64,000 bases of DNA from Candidatus Nomurabacteria bacterium. Its GTDB lineage: Bacteria > Patescibacteriota > Patescibacteriia > HK-STAS-PATE-3. The translations under genes and the position numbers were made by a program. The notes below the pieces were generated by a model, which saw only the letters and a list, made by a program, of their open reading frames with translations, was not told the origin of the DNA and ran no database searches. The stretch spans positions 96,001 to 160,000 of the forward strand of contig CP060223.1 of NCBI GenBank assembly GCA_023898465.1, read 5' to 3'. Shown piece by piece: positions 30,597-40,140 of the stretch; position 1 is the stretch's first letter, and every line of letters starts with the position of its first letter.

Positions 30597-31110
30597 ATGC
30601 AACATGAACTACTCGATATTATCAACGAAAGGACGAAATGTCAGGCCAAACAACTCGGCAAGAGTTGTATGATAAGGAGCCTTACTTGTCGTATCGTGCA
30701 TGTGTTTGTGCAAAATAGCCAAGGCCAGTTTGCCATTCAGAAACGCAGTGAAGTGGTGAGAGCTTTCTCCCGGGCCACTGGAGCTCCTCGGCCAGTGGAC
30801 AGTCAAAAAGGCGAGTCATATGACGATGCGGCTGCACGTGGAGTGCAAGAAAGAGCTAGGCATTGAAGCACCTTTAGAAAATGCCTTAACAACTTGGTAC
30901 ACCGTGCCAGATCGAGATATTCGTCGTCGTATTGGTGTTTATCTTGCCAAGCACGAGGGACCATTTGAGCTTGAGGCAATTGAAGTGGCCGAAGTTGTTT
31001 GGCATAAGCCCGAAGAAGTCTTAGCAATGGCTAAGAAAGGTGAGCCATTCCAACCAGAATTTCTCGACATGTTTAAGCTTGTTATTGAGAGGGACACCAA
31101 TGAAAATTAA
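30597..31110 (+). pseudogene. Frameshifted second copy of the NUDIX gene.
   Basis: About 93% nt identity to 29194-29659 with several indels (+1, +2, -2), which splits it into ORFs 30597-30866 and 30820-31110. Confidence 0.8.
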
Positions 31111-31750
31111 AAAGTATCTTCATTCCTGTCTCCTCATTGAAGAAAATGGAAAGCGCTTGTTGATTGATCCGGGCAAGTTTTCTTTTGGAGATGAGGGGAT
31201 AAAAGCTGAAGAAGTAGGTGCAGTGGATGCAATACTAATCACGCACGAACATCAGGATCATTACTTTCCCGAAGCACTACGCGCTTTTAAAAACCTAGGC
31301 GATTGCGAGATTATCACCCATGCAGCAATTGGTAAGCTGCTTGATGAGGAAGGAATCGCTCATACACTTCTACAGGATGGTGAAGAAAGGGAGGTGGTTG
31401 GTTTTCATGTAAAGGGCTTTGCACGAAGTCACGGTCCTCTACCTTTACCTGTGCCAGACAACTTTGCATATCTTATTAATAGTAGATTATTGCATCCAGG
31501 TGATTCCTATGAGGCAAGTGATATTAGCTGCGAAGTGCTCGCCTTACCAGTCGTCGCGCCCTGGGCCAAGCTGACCGAAACAGTGGAATATGCAAAAGCG
31601 GTTGGCGCAAAAACAGTTATTCCAATTCACGACGCCTTTCTCAAAGACTTTATGCGTCACGGCGTGTACTACAATGTAGCAAAGATGAAGCTTGAGGAGC
31701 AGCATATTGCTTTTCAGGTTTTAGAAAGCGGCGACGAATTCGAGATCTAA
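31100..31750 (+). CDS. MBL-fold metallo-hydrolase.
   Basis: ILITHEHQDHYF (HxHxDH) motif. Confidence 0.75.
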   Translation: MKIKKYLHSCLLIEENGKRLLIDPGKFSFGDEGIKAEEVGAVDAILITHEHQDHYFPEALRAFKNLGDCEIITHAAIGKLLDEEGIAHTLLQDGEEREVVGFHVKGFARSHGPLPLPVPDNFAYLINSRLLHPGDSYEASDISCEVLALPVVAPWAKLTETVEYAKAVGAKTVIPIHDAFLKDFMRHGVYYNVAKMKLEEQHIAFQVLESGDEFEI

Positions 31751-32043
31751 AATGAGTTAAAAAGACGGCAGTTGAGACAAGCCCAACTGCCGCGTGGACG
31801 CCTTCTCTGTGTTTCAGAGATGGTGTGGACCTGTTTGGTCCAACTCGACTGTAGTACAGTTGAGGGGATTTGTATAGCGGCATTTTTATTAGAAAAAGTC
31901 CCATACCACACTGGAATGTAAGGTATCTTTTTAAGCGGGACAGGAAACGCTGACATTTTTGCTTGACGACTTCCTTCTTAAGGAGTATGTAAAGAAGGCT
32001 AGTTTTTTGTTCTTTGCATTTCAGAGTAACAGGAGGTTGGGGA

Positions 32044-32369
32044 TGCATATATGTGGGGTACGTCCGGCAGCTCAAGTTGTGAGAGAGGCTCCTGGAGCAC
32101 GAGTGCCTGTTGGTCGGAGCGTTTACTACTATTCTCAGCTGAAAGTAGCGGCGCTTTCCTTGGATCCAGGTGCTATGGTCAAGGTTGGTGATGTGATCGA
32201 ATTCGAGGCGAGCAGGAGACGAAGGTTGTGTATTGTGGTTGGAGAAATGGAGGTCAACGGAAGACGTGTCGAGGAAGTTTCAGGCCCTTGCGAGGTCGGT
32301 GTCCAGGTCGGAAGGTGGATTCGCTGGGGTCAGCATCCGATTTACCGTATCGATGCTCCCTCCGCATGA
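32044..32369 (+). CDS. Hypothetical small high-GC protein.
   Basis: CAGGAGG RBS 7 nt upstream of ATG. 58% GC. No confident family. Confidence 0.35.
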
Positions 32370-32446
32370 AGCGCGTACGAGCCGTCAGCATTTTGTTGGC
32401 GGCTTTTTCATTGACTAAGCTTAGGGAAAACTGCTAGCGTGCACAT

Positions 32447-34192
32447 ATGGAAATTTTCTTTCGTGCCCTCAAACAATACAAAAAGATTGCTATTAGCGCG
32501 CTTGTGCTTGCAGCTATTAATCAGGTTTTTTCCTTACTTGATCCCCAGATATTCAGAATCCTAGTTGATCGCTATGCCAGTCGACCAGAGGAATATAGTT
32601 CACCTGACTTTTTCCGAGGAGCTTTCCTGTGGGCGCTCGGCATTATCGGCGTTGCGTTTATTTCTCTAGTCGCGAGAAGCTTCCAGGATTATTACGTCAA
32701 TGTTATTAGTCAGAGAGTAAGTACCAATCTTTACGCACAGAGTGTAGGATATGCCTTTGCATTGCCTTTTGCCGTGTTTGAGGACCAGCGTTCCGGTGAG
32801 CTGCTTCAAAAGATGCAGAAGGCAAAGACCGACATTGAAAAGGTGATTCGTAGTTTTGTAAATGTGGTTTTCTTGTCAGTCATCGGAATGCTCTTTGTAC
32901 TTGTCTATGCCTTTTTTGTGCATTGGCTGGTTGGTTTGGTCTATACGCTCATTATTCCGACGATTGCTTTCTCTGTGTTAACGCTTAGTCGTCGTATTAA
33001 GAAGGCGCAGTCAGCTATTGTGACAGAGACCGCCGCATTATCTGGGTCCACCACGGAAACATTGCGCAATGTTGAGTTAGTAAAGAGCTTGGGATTGGAA
33101 GAGCAAGAAGTGAGTCGATTGAATCAAGTGAATGATCGCATTCTTGATTTGGAGCTTAAAAAAGTGCGCCTCGTCCGAGCGCTGAGTTTTGTGCAAGGCA
33201 CTTTATTGAATGCTTTACGATCCGGACTCATCCTGCTTATGCTTTGGCTTATCTACCAAGGCAACATTTCCATTGGCGAATTTCTAAGTTTATTTATTTA
33301 TTCCTTCTTTGTATTTCAACCGTTGACTGAGCTTGGCACTGTTATAACTGATTTCCAAGAAGCTCGGGCCAGCAGTGAAAAGCTGCAGGAGATTCTAGCC
33401 ATGCCCGAGGCGCCTAAGCCCGAGCAGCCGGTTTCACTGAATGCGCTGCAGTCAATTATTTTTGACAATGTAGTATTTCAATATCAATCTAATAGCGTGA
33501 GTTCAGTCGAGCATATTCACGCGGAGGTTCACTCGGGTGAAACCATTGCTTTTGTCGGTCCGTCTGGCTCGGGTAAGACGACGCTCATGAAATTAGTCTT
33601 GGGTTTATACCAACCAAGCCAAGGACAACTTCGTTATAATGATATACCCGGATCGGCTATTCAGATTGATGAGCTGCGGAAGAAAATTGGTTTTGTCGGG
33701 CAGGAGACGCAACTTTTTGCCGGGACCATCCGTGAGAATTTGCAGTTTGTCCAGCCCGAGGCTGATGAGGTTACGTGTTTGGAGGCGCTTAAAAAAGCCG
33801 CGGCCATGAATATTATTGAGCGAGGCAAGCAAGGGCTAGACACAAAGATCGGCGAAGGTGGTTTGAAACTTTCCGGTGGCGAGCGTCAACGTCTAGCCAT
33901 TGCACGGGCACTGTTGCGTAATCCAGAGCTCCTCATTTTTGATGAAGCTACCAGCAGCCTTGATTCCCTGACTGAAAAAGAAATCACCCAGACTATCCAG
34001 GAGCTCGGAAAAGAAAATAATCAGCGCATGACTTTATTGATTGCGCATCGACTCTCAACAGTTGCTCACGCTGATCGCATTTATGTTTTAGAGAAGGGGA
34101 AGATTGTTGAGCAGGGTAAGCATGAGGAATTGGTCCAAGCTGGCGGATTGTATGCAGCGTTGTGGCGTCAGCAAAGCGGCGCGACTGAATAA
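32447..34192 (+). CDS. ABC transporter, fused permease and ATPase (type I exporter, MsbA-like).
   Basis: Six TM helices followed by Walker A GPSGSGKTT, signature LSGGERQRLAIARAL, and Walker B LLIFDEATSSLD. Confidence 0.9.
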   Translation: MEIFFRALKQYKKIAISALVLAAINQVFSLLDPQIFRILVDRYASRPEEYSSPDFFRGAFLWALGIIGVAFISLVARSFQDYYVNVISQRVSTNLYAQSVGYAFALPFAVFEDQRSGELLQKMQKAKTDIEKVIRSFVNVVFLSVIGMLFVLVYAFFVHWLVGLVYTLIIPTIAFSVLTLSRRIKKAQSAIVTETAALSGSTTETLRNVELVKSLGLEEQEVSRLNQVNDRILDLELKKVRLVRALSFVQGTLLNALRSGLILLMLWLIYQGNISIGEFLSLFIYSFFVFQPLTELGTVITDFQEARASSEKLQEILAMPEAPKPEQPVSLNALQSIIFDNVVFQYQSNSVSSVEHIHAEVHSGETIAFVGPSGSGKTTLMKLVLGLYQPSQGQLRYNDIPGSAIQIDELRKKIGFVGQETQLFAGTIRENLQFVQPEADEVTCLEALKKAAAMNIIERGKQGLDTKIGEGGLKLSGGERQRLAIARALLRNPELLIFDEATSSLDSLTEKEITQTIQELGKENNQRMTLLIAHRLSTVAHADRIYVLEKGKIVEQGKHEELVQAGGLYAALWRQQSGATE

Positions 34193-34907
34193 GCTTGCCT
34201 CACTATAGGTATCTTGCTAGGCTCTAGATACCGTTCTTTCGTATTGAGTGATGATCAGCTCAGATTCTGGCTTTCTTCCCCGAGCCGTTCAGAGTCAGCT
34301 TATCATTACTCATACCGCGCAGTCTCAACTTGCACCTCCTCATGCGGCTCCCGCCCATGTCGCAAGAACCAGACTGCGCGGTTTTTTCATACACCAAAGA
34401 AGAAGAGGCGGCTGAATCTAGGAGATCCAGCCGCCGAGAGAAGCTCGCACAGATCTGCGCGAGCGCCATTGTTCCCCGTACGTAGGGGAGTTAGGCGCTA
34501 TTGCAGAACCGACGAGCCAGTTTCGGGATCTTCATCGTGCGTCTCCTTGTGGATTGCATCGAGTCTTGTCCCTCGCTTTTGTTCAGAGAACGCAAGCGGT
34601 AGTGCCTAAGGTACACTGCATAAAAGTAGGTGTCAAGTGTGGGTGTGTTTCTTGACTACACCTCTTTTTTCAACTAGAGTAGCACAGCACATTAATCAAC
34701 GTGGGACTGCGTCATGGTGGAACGGGTGTTGAGTCCACTGCCGCCAGCTCAGCGCCTTGTTACGCAGTCCCACCCCTTTCCCGCCGCGCAGCTTGTTGTG
34801 AGTCTACCTACCGACACGCTCCTTAGACTCATGACACTGCGCGGCTTTTTCTTTTCCACTTGAATTATTGCGTCGGAGTGCTATACCAAAAGAGTTAGGA
34901 AAACATT

Positions 34908-35975
34908 ATGCGCCAAGTACTACTTCTCCTCACTTTGATTTTATTATGTACAGGAGGATTGTATCTAGCGAATACTGCGCAAGCCCAGGAAAAGCCCGAG
35001 CTGTTGTTTTTTTACGGCCAAGGTTGTCCGCACTGCGCTGTAGTTGAGCAATATATTGAGGATGAAAATCTTGACGAGCGTTTTCGTATTATAGCGAAAG
35101 AGGTGTATGGAGACCCGGAAAATGCTCGCGACCTTACCCAGCAGTTTCAAGTTTTTCACGTGCCAGAGTCAAAGCAAGGAGTTCCCTTTATGGTGCTTGG
35201 GGCTAAATATTATGTTGGGGACGTGTATATTATTGAGGCAATAGAAAACTATGCGGATTCGGAAATTATTCATACCGAAGCGCCGAATGTTGCTGAAGAG
35301 CAAGGAGACGATCAGCTTCATTTTTTTCCGGTAGTTGGCGCCGCCTTGGTTGATGCTATCAATCCATGCGCTTTTGCTGTTCTGATTATTCTTATGGCTA
35401 CAGTGATTGCCTCGCAAGACAGGCGACGAGCCTTGCTGGCTGGCTTAAGTTTTTCTTTCGCTATATTCCTTTCATATTTGGCAATGGGCTTTGGTCTGTA
35501 TTCAGCAATTGCCGCAGCCAGTGCGACGACTTGGGTCACAAAGCTGGCCGCCGGGATGGCAATCTTGCTCGGGTTATTCAATCTCAAAGATGCGCTTTGG
35601 TATGGAAAAGGTGTGTTGATGGAAGTGCCAATGTCATGGCGACCTCGGATGAAAAAATTAATTCGCTCAGTCACGCATCCGCTGAGCGCCTTTGGAGCAG
35701 GCATTTTGGTAAGCTTATTTCTCTTACCCTGCACCTCTGGTCCCTACATTGTTATTATTGGTATGTTGAGCTCTACGGAATCAATAAACGCGGCAGTCCT
35801 TTGGTTGATACTCTACAATGTTATTTTTATCTTACCGATGTTGGGATTAACCTTAGCAGTATATTTCGGATTACAACCGAGTCGGCTTGAAGAAATACGG
35901 CAAAGTCGCCTGCGCCTACTTCATGCCATTGCCGGAATCATTTTACTAAGCTTAGGTTTGTATTTGTTGTTGTAG
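34908..35975 (+). CDS. Thioredoxin-like domain fused to a CcdA/DsbD-type membrane thiol-disulfide transporter.
   Basis: Signal peptide, then a YGQGCPHCAV CxxC motif, then TM domain with ..INPCAF.. and ..LLPCTSGP.. conserved Cys pairs of CcdA/DsbD. Confidence 0.75.
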   Translation: MRQVLLLLTLILLCTGGLYLANTAQAQEKPELLFFYGQGCPHCAVVEQYIEDENLDERFRIIAKEVYGDPENARDLTQQFQVFHVPESKQGVPFMVLGAKYYVGDVYIIEAIENYADSEIIHTEAPNVAEEQGDDQLHFFPVVGAALVDAINPCAFAVLIILMATVIASQDRRRALLAGLSFSFAIFLSYLAMGFGLYSAIAAASATTWVTKLAAGMAILLGLFNLKDALWYGKGVLMEVPMSWRPRMKKLIRSVTHPLSAFGAGILVSLFLLPCTSGPYIVIIGMLSSTESINAAVLWLILYNVIFILPMLGLTLAVYFGLQPSRLEEIRQSRLRLLHAIAGIILLSLGLYLLL

Positions 35976-36023
35976 ATAAACCAAAACCGACCTGAGCGGC
36001 CGGCTTTAGTTTTGACGCGAGAC

Positions 36024-36212
36024 TTAGTAGAGCCCAGCCAAATGGAGCAGGAGGATGAAGACTCCGATAGAGATCAGAAAGAGTCCGAGCCCCGTGGCTG
36101 ATCCCCAACTGTACCAGGAGCCCCAGGCGCGCCAGGGGAGTTGCGGGTAAGCCTCTCGGTAGCGCTTCCAGTCCTCGAGTTGCTCTTCTTGTTTTTTATC
36201 CATAGTTGCCAA
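36024..36212 (-). CDS. Small membrane protein, hypothetical.
   Basis: 62 aa ORF with a C-terminal TM helix. Weak evidence. Confidence 0.25.
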   Translation of the reverse strand: MATMDKKQEEQLEDWKRYREAYPQLPWRAWGSWYSWGSATGLGLFLISIGVFILLLHLAGLY

Positions 36213-36393
36213 TGTTTGCTTGATAAGTCGACCTTTGGCAACCCATCTGTGCGGAATGATGTGCCCGTCTGTATGTTCAGGGTTGGAGAACGCGGGCGTG
36301 GTGTCAGTTCGCGCATTCGGAGTATAGCGGATGGCAATATTCTGTCAAAAAAGGATAGTAGCGCAGAAGGGGAAATAAGGCTATGCTTCAATC

Positions 36394-37086
36394 ATGAGCT
36401 ACTATGCTGAGCAAAAAAAGGCTTTTGAAAGGGTAGAAAATGCTGTAAAAAAAGGAAAGGCAGAAGGATCGGTAGTTGACCCGGTACAAGACTATGTTCA
36501 GGATAAGCGCTTATCGCTTACGAGCTTGAGTTTTTTGCCTCCGGCAGTGCAGCAAAAAATCTATCATACACTCATTATTCCGCTTCAGGTGGTAGACTCG
36601 CAGCAGGCGTATTTTGAAGCACGTAGTCTCCATGTCACGGTGCAAAATATTCGGACAGTCGCTGATCCGCCTCTGTATACTTCAGCTGACATAGAAAAAG
36701 CACGCGAGATATTTCATAACATAGTTCCTAAATACCCATTGCTAAAATGTCGACTTGAAGGTTTAAATATCTTTCCTGCAAGCGTTGCGATCCGTGCATT
36801 CGTGAGCGAGGAGTTTCGGGATCTGGTGCTTGAGCTGCGCGAAGCTCTACGACGTAATGGTGTGCCAGATAATAAAGTGTATGCTTCTGGAAATGTTATT
36901 TTTGGTAATGTTACTTTTGTTCGTTTTACGACTACTCCTAACAAGGATTTTTTTGCCAAAGTCGAGGAGTTAAAAGAGTGTTCATTTGGCGAAGTGCATT
37001 TAGAAAAAGTTTCCCTCATGGAGGTCAATGCGCTGTGTCATCCGAGCAGTATGCGGGTCATTGATACTTATTCTTTCCAGAAATAA
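36394..37086 (+). CDS. Hypothetical protein, possibly 2H-phosphoesterase (LigT)-like.
   Basis: One HxTx motif (SLHVTVQN). The second motif is not clear. Confidence 0.35.
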   Translation: MSYYAEQKKAFERVENAVKKGKAEGSVVDPVQDYVQDKRLSLTSLSFLPPAVQQKIYHTLIIPLQVVDSQQAYFEARSLHVTVQNIRTVADPPLYTSADIEKAREIFHNIVPKYPLLKCRLEGLNIFPASVAIRAFVSEEFRDLVLELREALRRNGVPDNKVYASGNVIFGNVTFVRFTTTPNKDFFAKVEELKECSFGEVHLEKVSLMEVNALCHPSSMRVIDTYSFQK

Positions 37087-37090
37087 ATAC

Positions 37091-37624
37091 ATGCTATATA
37101 TCACATACTTTGTTCATGGCACCACAACTGACAATGAGCATGATCTTTGTATGGGTTGGGCGCCGGGTCAACTGTCTGAATTAGGGAAGCGGCAAGCAAA
37201 AGATCTTGGAGAGCAGGTTGACGCGTCACAGTTTGCAGTCATGTTTTGTTCTGATTTGCAACGGGCAGTTGATTCAGCTGAGCTAGGTTTTGGAGGGATG
37301 TTGAAGATAATTCAAGATCAGCGTTTGCGTGAATGCAACTATGGTGACTTAACACAGAGGTCTGAGGATCTTGTGGACTACGCCAAGCATATTGCAGAAC
37401 CATTTCCAAATGGTGAGAGCTTACATGACGTTGAGCAGCGGATGCGGGAATTTTTAGAAATGCTTAACACTGGCTATGCAGATAAACATGTGGCCCTTAT
37501 GGCCCACAAGGCACCTCAACTTGCGCTCGAAGTGCTCCTGAATGGAAAAACGTGGGAGCAAGCGATTACGGAAGACTGGCGTAAAAAGAAAGCTTGGCAA
37601 CCGGGGTGGAGCTATTTGTTTTAG
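37091..37624 (+). CDS. Histidine phosphatase family protein (phosphoglycerate-mutase-like).
   Basis: N-terminal ITYFVHGTTTDNE (RHG-like motif) plus a downstream His. Confidence 0.6.
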   Translation: MLYITYFVHGTTTDNEHDLCMGWAPGQLSELGKRQAKDLGEQVDASQFAVMFCSDLQRAVDSAELGFGGMLKIIQDQRLRECNYGDLTQRSEDLVDYAKHIAEPFPNGESLHDVEQRMREFLEMLNTGYADKHVALMAHKAPQLALEVLLNGKTWEQAITEDWRKKKAWQPGWSYLF

Positions 37625-37672
37625 TTGCTATTTTTTTCATAGAGCGCATAATAACATAAGGAGGAAAATTAT

Positions 37673-38026
37673 ATGGAAAAAATATTTGGGGTCGACCCGA
37701 AAAGTAAGTTCACAGCAGAAGATGTTCGAGACGCTATTGTGGAGTGTTTCTATCAAGCCCATAAAGAGGTGGCTGAGAAGCAATTCCAATTTGCAGGCGA
37801 GGATTTTGGTGAAGAAGCATTGAAGAAGATGACCTCTAATTTCACTGAAGGCATAGTACGCCGCGCGTTTACAGAAACAAGTGGTGACTTTTCCCAGCCT
37901 ACTAAGGCATCTCTACAGAAGGCCATAGATTATATGAAGGAGTTTGCTATGGAATTTCGCACTAAGGAAATTATTGACGCGAATTATCAACAGATTAAAA
38001 GCTTGATAGACGGGTTGTCGGAGTAG
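37673..38026 (+). CDS. Hypothetical protein.
   Basis: 117 aa ORF preceded by a GGAGG RBS. Confidence 0.4.
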   Translation: MEKIFGVDPKSKFTAEDVRDAIVECFYQAHKEVAEKQFQFAGEDFGEEALKKMTSNFTEGIVRRAFTETSGDFSQPTKASLQKAIDYMKEFAMEFRTKEIIDANYQQIKSLIDGLSE

Positions 38027-38091
38027 CCTTGGGAGCTTGCGAAAAAAGGAAAAACAAGTATACTTCGCATACGTAGTGTTCTGATTTTGCT

Positions 38092-39075
38092 ATGCCATAT
38101 TTTTTCCGTGGACCATTTCTCATAATGATTGCGGCTATGCTGTGGGCCTTAGACGGTTTACTGCGCTCACAGCTTACTGCGTCAATTCCCTCCACCGCCA
38201 TTGTTTTTTATGAGCACCTGGTAGGCTTTGTCCTTCTTCTCCCTTTTTTCTGGAGAGCTCTACCTAAAGTAAAAACATTGCATCGAGCTGATTGGTTTCG
38301 ACTCATTTTACTTACCATAGTGAGTAGTGTGCTTGGCACTATTCTTTTTACCGAGGCATTTGCCCGGAGCGCTGTTTCTTATGACTTCATCACTCCAACC
38401 TTACTGCAAAAACTCCAACCAGTTTTTGTGGTGCTACTCTCAGCTATTCTCTTACGCGAGCGAGTGACATGGCGTTTCATTGGTTTAGCCATACTCGCTT
38501 TAGTAGGTAGCTATATGGTTACTTTTGGATCCGAATCTGTTTCGCTAAGCTGGAGCGGTAAAGAGATAGTGTTTCTCTTATCTATCGGCGCTGCCTTAGC
38601 CTGGGGATCGGGTACTATTTTGAGCAAGAAGATTTTAGAGAAGCTTTCATTTAGCGAGGCGACTTCCTTGCGTTTCTTATTAGCCATTCCTATTAGTGCT
38701 ATCGCGATGCTAACACTTAATCATGGCTATAGTCCGGTGGAAATTTCCGGGGCTTCTTGGCTCCGCTTCGTCGCTATTGGTTTGACTACTGGAGCAGCGG
38801 CGATTCTTATCTACTACCGTGGCTTGCGAATTACACCAGCGAAAGTCTCCACTTTTGCTGAGTTGATGTTTCCCGTCACAAGTATTCTCATAGCCGTGAC
38901 AGCGCTTAATCCCTTTGGCGCGCCGCAGCCCATTAGCTTTGGCCAGGGCCTAGGTATTCTTATCCTCATCGTTTCCATTTTACTTATTGGAACGAGTGAG
39001 CTACCCGCGCCTAAAGTAAAAGAGAGTGAAGCATATGAAGGAGCTACCCAGTCCGAGCCAGTATCTACAACATAA
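38092..39075 (+). CDS. EamA/DMT-family transporter.
   Basis: Ten TM helices in two EamA-like halves. Confidence 0.7.
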   Translation: MPYFFRGPFLIMIAAMLWALDGLLRSQLTASIPSTAIVFYEHLVGFVLLLPFFWRALPKVKTLHRADWFRLILLTIVSSVLGTILFTEAFARSAVSYDFITPTLLQKLQPVFVVLLSAILLRERVTWRFIGLAILALVGSYMVTFGSESVSLSWSGKEIVFLLSIGAALAWGSGTILSKKILEKLSFSEATSLRFLLAIPISAIAMLTLNHGYSPVEISGASWLRFVAIGLTTGAAAILIYYRGLRITPAKVSTFAELMFPVTSILIAVTALNPFGAPQPISFGQGLGILILIVSILLIGTSELPAPKVKESEAYEGATQSEPVSTT

Positions 39076-40078
39076 ACTTGAAACCTGCGGTCAGTATACA
39101 TTGACCGAGTCTGATCACGCTCTTCTCAAAGAAAAAGGCATGGAGGAGTTTTTGTACGCAAAACTTACTTCCAAGAAATTTCGGAAGTGGAGAATAACTC
39201 AAAAAGCAGAAGACCGCATCCGTAATGCACTTTCTGTCACGGTGCCAAAGAATAAGCCACTACAGTTACGTTTTCCCTTTGGGGCATATAAACTTTGGCG
39301 CTTGCCATCAAGTCCAGAAGTGGACTGGGCTGAGTTTTTTACCTTGGCGTATTTCTCAGAGTTCCTCGCACCAATTTTAGCCGCATATCAACCGGGGGTG
39401 GAGTTGTATTTTTCTTCAGATGAGGTAATTGTCGAACCTATGAACAATGTATCTCGAGAAGAAACAGATGCATACCAAGAATCATTCAGGCGTTTGTTGG
39501 CAGAATTTAAAAAGTATTGGCCAAATAATTTCATTGTTGATATTCGACCTGTGCGCAATCTCTATAACAATGCAGAAGAAATTTTCAATGAAGCTCAGCA
39601 AATGATTCCGATAATTGAAGAAAGATATGCGGCCATGTCAAAAGAGGAAGTCGCTTCTGCTGAAAAAACCTCAGCCATGAATATTCGCTGGGATGGAGTT
39701 CAGGATTGGCAGAAGCTTACTGAGGATGAAAAGAAGGAAAAAATTCACTACGGCACAATATTACACGATGCCTATTGCGCGATTAGCAAACGACAACAAT
39801 TCATGCGTAGTGACGATACGATTTTACTTTTTGTAAATAGACAAGTTTCTGATGGTATTCCACTAGGTAGCACTAAGAATTCAATTGCGAAGTTTTGGCC
39901 GGGCTACGGAGTGTTGGAACAAAAAGAAGCAGGCTATATAGAGAGAGTGCTGACCCCGCAACAACTTACTTCATTGCAGCATGAGAAAGCTCAAATTGAA
40001 GCAATCGATTGGCTGCCAATGAAAAACTTTCACGAGATCCAAGTGTATCCTGAGCTGAATTTTACGCTTACTAAATAG
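39035..40078 (+). CDS. Hypothetical cytoplasmic protein, paralog A of a tandem pair.
   Basis: The N-terminal ~45 aa and the C-terminal 25 aa (QIEAIDWLPMKNFHEIQVYPELNF) are nearly identical to those of 40141-41181. Confidence 0.55.
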   Translation: MKELPSPSQYLQHKLETCGQYTLTESDHALLKEKGMEEFLYAKLTSKKFRKWRITQKAEDRIRNALSVTVPKNKPLQLRFPFGAYKLWRLPSSPEVDWAEFFTLAYFSEFLAPILAAYQPGVELYFSSDEVIVEPMNNVSREETDAYQESFRRLLAEFKKYWPNNFIVDIRPVRNLYNNAEEIFNEAQQMIPIIEERYAAMSKEEVASAEKTSAMNIRWDGVQDWQKLTEDEKKEKIHYGTILHDAYCAISKRQQFMRSDDTILLFVNRQVSDGIPLGSTKNSIAKFWPGYGVLEQKEAGYIERVLTPQQLTSLQHEKAQIEAIDWLPMKNFHEIQVYPELNFTLTK

Positions 40079-40140
40079 TTCTAGACAGGATCCATCAGAA
40101 CACTTAGTATGCACTAGGAGAACTTTCTTATTGCAGTCGT

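Noticed and set aside
34214-34609. 131 aa ORF in the 715 bp non-coding gap.
   Set aside because: Ser/Arg-rich low-complexity translation with no RBS. It overlaps strong hairpins. Treated as non-coding.
34193-34907. RNase P RNA, tmRNA or SRP RNA in the GC-rich gap.
   Set aside because: I could not find the conserved boxes (AGGAAAGUCCGGGCUCC, GGUUCGAAUCC-CCACCA, or the SRP domain IV GGAA motif), so no call is made beyond unclassified structured region.
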